A stretch of DNA of 10,611 nucleotides from Azolla caroliniana. Its lineage: Eukaryota > Plantae > Polypodiophyta. The position numbers and the translations under genes are program-made. The notes under the pieces were generated by a model, which did not search any database, was not told the origin of the DNA, and saw nothing but the letters and a program-made list of their open reading frames with translations. Positions 8,840-10,611 of this stretch are shown here, one piece after another. The stretch spans positions 1-10,611 of the forward strand of contig JBHGNT010001254.1 in the NCBI GenBank assembly GCA_043228905.1, given 5' to 3'. The first letter of the stretch is position 1. The number at the start of each line of letters is the position of its first letter.

Positions 8840-9317
8840 ACATGAGGATTGTGAGAAAAACGAAGCATTCATATGTGAAGAGCAGCTGGCATGTACAAAC
8901 AATAGTATGTCTAATGAAGCCTATGAGGAGTGTGGAAAGAATATGGCAAGTACTGAAGAGAAGATTGAAGCCCATGAAGAGTGTGGAAAGAATATGGCAA
9001 GTACTGAAGAGAAGACTGATTGTACTGATAATGTGGCAAGTGCTGAAGAGAAGACTGATTGTACTGATAATGTGTTAGTAGTGTCTACTGATAATGTGCT
9101 AGTACTGTCTAAAGATTCCCATGAGGATCATGGAAAGAACATTGCTAGTAATGAAGAGGAGCTTGATTGTACTGAGAATGTGCTAGTAGTGTCTTGTGAA
9201 GCCCATGAGGATCGTGGAAAGAACATCGCTTTCCCTGAAGATAAGCCTGATTGTACAGAATCCCATGAGGAGTGTAGAGCGAACAATGTTACTAATGAAG
9301 GGGGGCCTGATTGCACA
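8840..9317 (+). repeat. Coding tandem repeat (modules EAHEECGKNMASTEEK / TDCTDNV / LVVS)
   Basis: GAAGCC(T/C)ATGA(G/A)GAGTGTGGAAAGAATATGGCAAGTACTGAAGAGAAGA recurs at 51-bp spacing, and GATTGTACTGA(T/G)AATGTG recurs. The frame stays open through all indels. Confidence 0.85.
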
Positions 9318-9320
9318 CCA

Positions 9321-9930
9321 CAATGTCTTTCCTTGCTTGCACACCACAATGTAGTAGTCTTCTAAATCTTCATTCTGAGGAAATTTGAGCACTGCAAAAT
9401 GATCTCCAACTTCCAATAAAACTGCCAAGTCTTGATTTTGGTTGTAGTATACAATATTGTTTGAATGCACATCCTCTTCAATATCATCTTGTCGTTCAGG
9501 CTCAAGCTTCTACAGCTTCCAGGGCTCCACGATTGATAGGTTGATGCATTTATCCCAAGCTTCATCTAGACACATGGAACAAAAGCATGATAAACTACGG
9601 AGTAACAATTGTGTTGTGTCCTTGTGGCTAAACCCTAACACACAGTGGGTGTTGCGTGTGCCTTTCACAGTTTTACAACCATATGATTTAGTTCTATTGA
9701 CCTCATCAGCGCGAACTTCAACAAACAATCTGTTCTTACCATCATTTGACATCTTCCATGTTAGCCACTGCACAACATCATGTGCATTTTGTAACTTAGC
9801 ACCATTATTATCCAACTGCTCACTTGTAAGGGCACGTTTGATCACAACCCCCGCGCCATCATGCTCTCCTTTTCCATGTCCAGACCCGAAGTAATTCCAT
9901 TGCATATGAATATTGAATAAGGAGAAATAC
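9321..9930 (-). pseudogene. DNA transposase exon, Sola-like (probably Sola2-type DDD), catalytic C-terminal part plus Cys cluster
   Basis: HMQWNYFGSGHGKGEHDGAGVVIKRAL (HGKGxxDG, last catalytic Asp), then KLQNAHDVVQW, VKGTRNTHCV and LRSLSCFCSMC...C. After one TAG (9510-9512) the same frame continues to LLEVGDHFAV...DYYIVVC. Splice acceptor CAG|G at 9931/9930. The superfamily is assigned from remembered motifs only. Confidence 0.72.
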
Positions 9931-9960
9931 CTGCTTTGGTATCTCAAGTTTCCAACAAAA

Positions 9961-10611
9961 TTAGTACTATGTTGTCAATTGAGAGTACTACACTTCCATT
10001 AATACTGATTTAGTACAAATACAAAACAAAGCATAGCACAACGTATCCATTGAGAACACTCTACACTTATTAAAAGATAAATAGTACTATGTTGTCAACC
10101 AACAGTACCTGGCATCCATTTAATACTAACTTAGTATGGATATAGCACAAAGTATAGTACAATGTGTTCATGGAAAGCACTCTACATGTATTAACAGATA
10201 AATAGTACAAAATGTTCACTATCGGATAGTACAGTACAATGTGTCCACAGAGAACACGACCCTCCTTAGAAGATCATTAGTACTACAAGACATGTACTTT
10301 ACATCCCCCAATAAACACTGATTTAGTATAGATACAACACATAGTACAATACAGTGTGTTCATGGAGAACGCTGAACATTGATTAATAGATAATCAGTAC
10401 CACACAGTGTGTTTAAAAGATGAGTACAATACTATGAGTACAACATGAGTAAATACTGATTTAGTACAATTCTCTGAAGGACGGACAATACTATGAGTAC
10501 AAGATGAATACTTTACATCCTCCTGTAAACACAACATAGTACAGATACAACACACAACATAGTACAGATACAACACACAACATAGTACAATGTGTCTATG
10601 GAGAACCCTTC
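9961..10611 (+). repeat. Degenerate ~120-bp AGTAC-rich tandem repeat in the transposase intron, with a nested 23-bp repeat
   Basis: TAGTACTATGTTGTCAA at 9962 and 10082, and CACTCTACA..TATTAA.AGATAAATAGTAC closes both units. Further diverged copies follow. ACACAACATAGTACAGATACAAC occurs ~2.6 times at 10529, 10552 and 10575. Confidence 0.8.

Larger units (their letters stand above)
4885..9320 (+). pseudogene. Five-exon gene: unknown N-terminal domain + coiled coil + RING-H2 finger + acidic Cys-containing repeats; 3' truncated
   Basis: Exons 4885-5945, 6036-6220, 7945-8271, 8351-8605 and 8698-~9320. All four GT-AG introns preserve frame (CG|G, A|TG, G|CT, G|GT). Branch-point motifs are CTAAT 6001, TACTAAC 7900-7906 and TACTAAT 8667-8673. 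In-frame stops at 5167-5169, 5245-5247 and 8781-8783. The reading frame of the first ~200 nt is ambiguous. Confidence 0.8.
3554..10611. mobile_element. Putative large (>7 kb) DNA transposon, Sola-like, with transposase and an accessory RING gene; right end outside the window
   Basis: Gypsy pol homology stops abruptly at ...GCATGCTA|CGGTGTACC. The following sequence holds a transposase exon (9321-9930), a convergent multi-exon gene and AGTACT-rich arrays throughout. That all of this is a single element is inferred, because the second TIR and TSD are not visible. Confidence 0.6.

Noticed and set aside
8734-9078. Basic repeat ORF (MKSVERIWQVLKRRL)
   Set aside because: It is an alternative frame of the acidic repeat exon. 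The splice phase at 8698 selects the acidic frame.
4885-9320. Functional host E3 ligase gene
   Set aside because: It has three in-frame stops, a truncated 3' end, and sits inside a block interrupting a retrotransposon, which favours transposon cargo. A captured host origin is not excluded.
9457-9894. 145-aa plus-strand ORF
   Set aside because: It is the antisense shadow of the transposase exon.

Overview
Eukaryotic, transposon-only window, most likely from a land plant. The iMet primer site, spliceosomal introns and gag style suggest a fern or other seed-free plant, which is inference. No intact host gene is present. Left to right: (1) the 5' end of a decayed Ty1/Copia element on the minus strand (gag 674->1, PBS 740-751, LTR ~752-1184); (2) a ~340-bp degenerate L1-type LINE ORF2 remnant (1185-1521, +); (3) the 3' half of a chromodomain-bearing Ty3/Gypsy element on the minus strand (LTR ~1522-1959, PPT, RNaseH-end/integrase/chromodomain to ~3553); (4) from ~3554 to beyond the window end, what looks like one large DNA transposon inserted into the Gypsy pol. 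That element carries a five-exon accessory gene (+; unknown helical domain, coiled coil, RING-H2 finger, acidic repeats) convergent with a Sola-like (HGKGxxDG) transposase gene (-). Both genes have introns filled with tandem arrays built on the palindrome (T)AGTACT(A), which also occurs 28 bp inside the putative element end. The larger array is a 52-bp repeat with a 4-unit higher-order structure. The two genes are fused tail-to-tail at a deletion junction with a 16-bp templated duplication. All coding regions carry premature stops. Family assignments come from motif recognition, not database searches.
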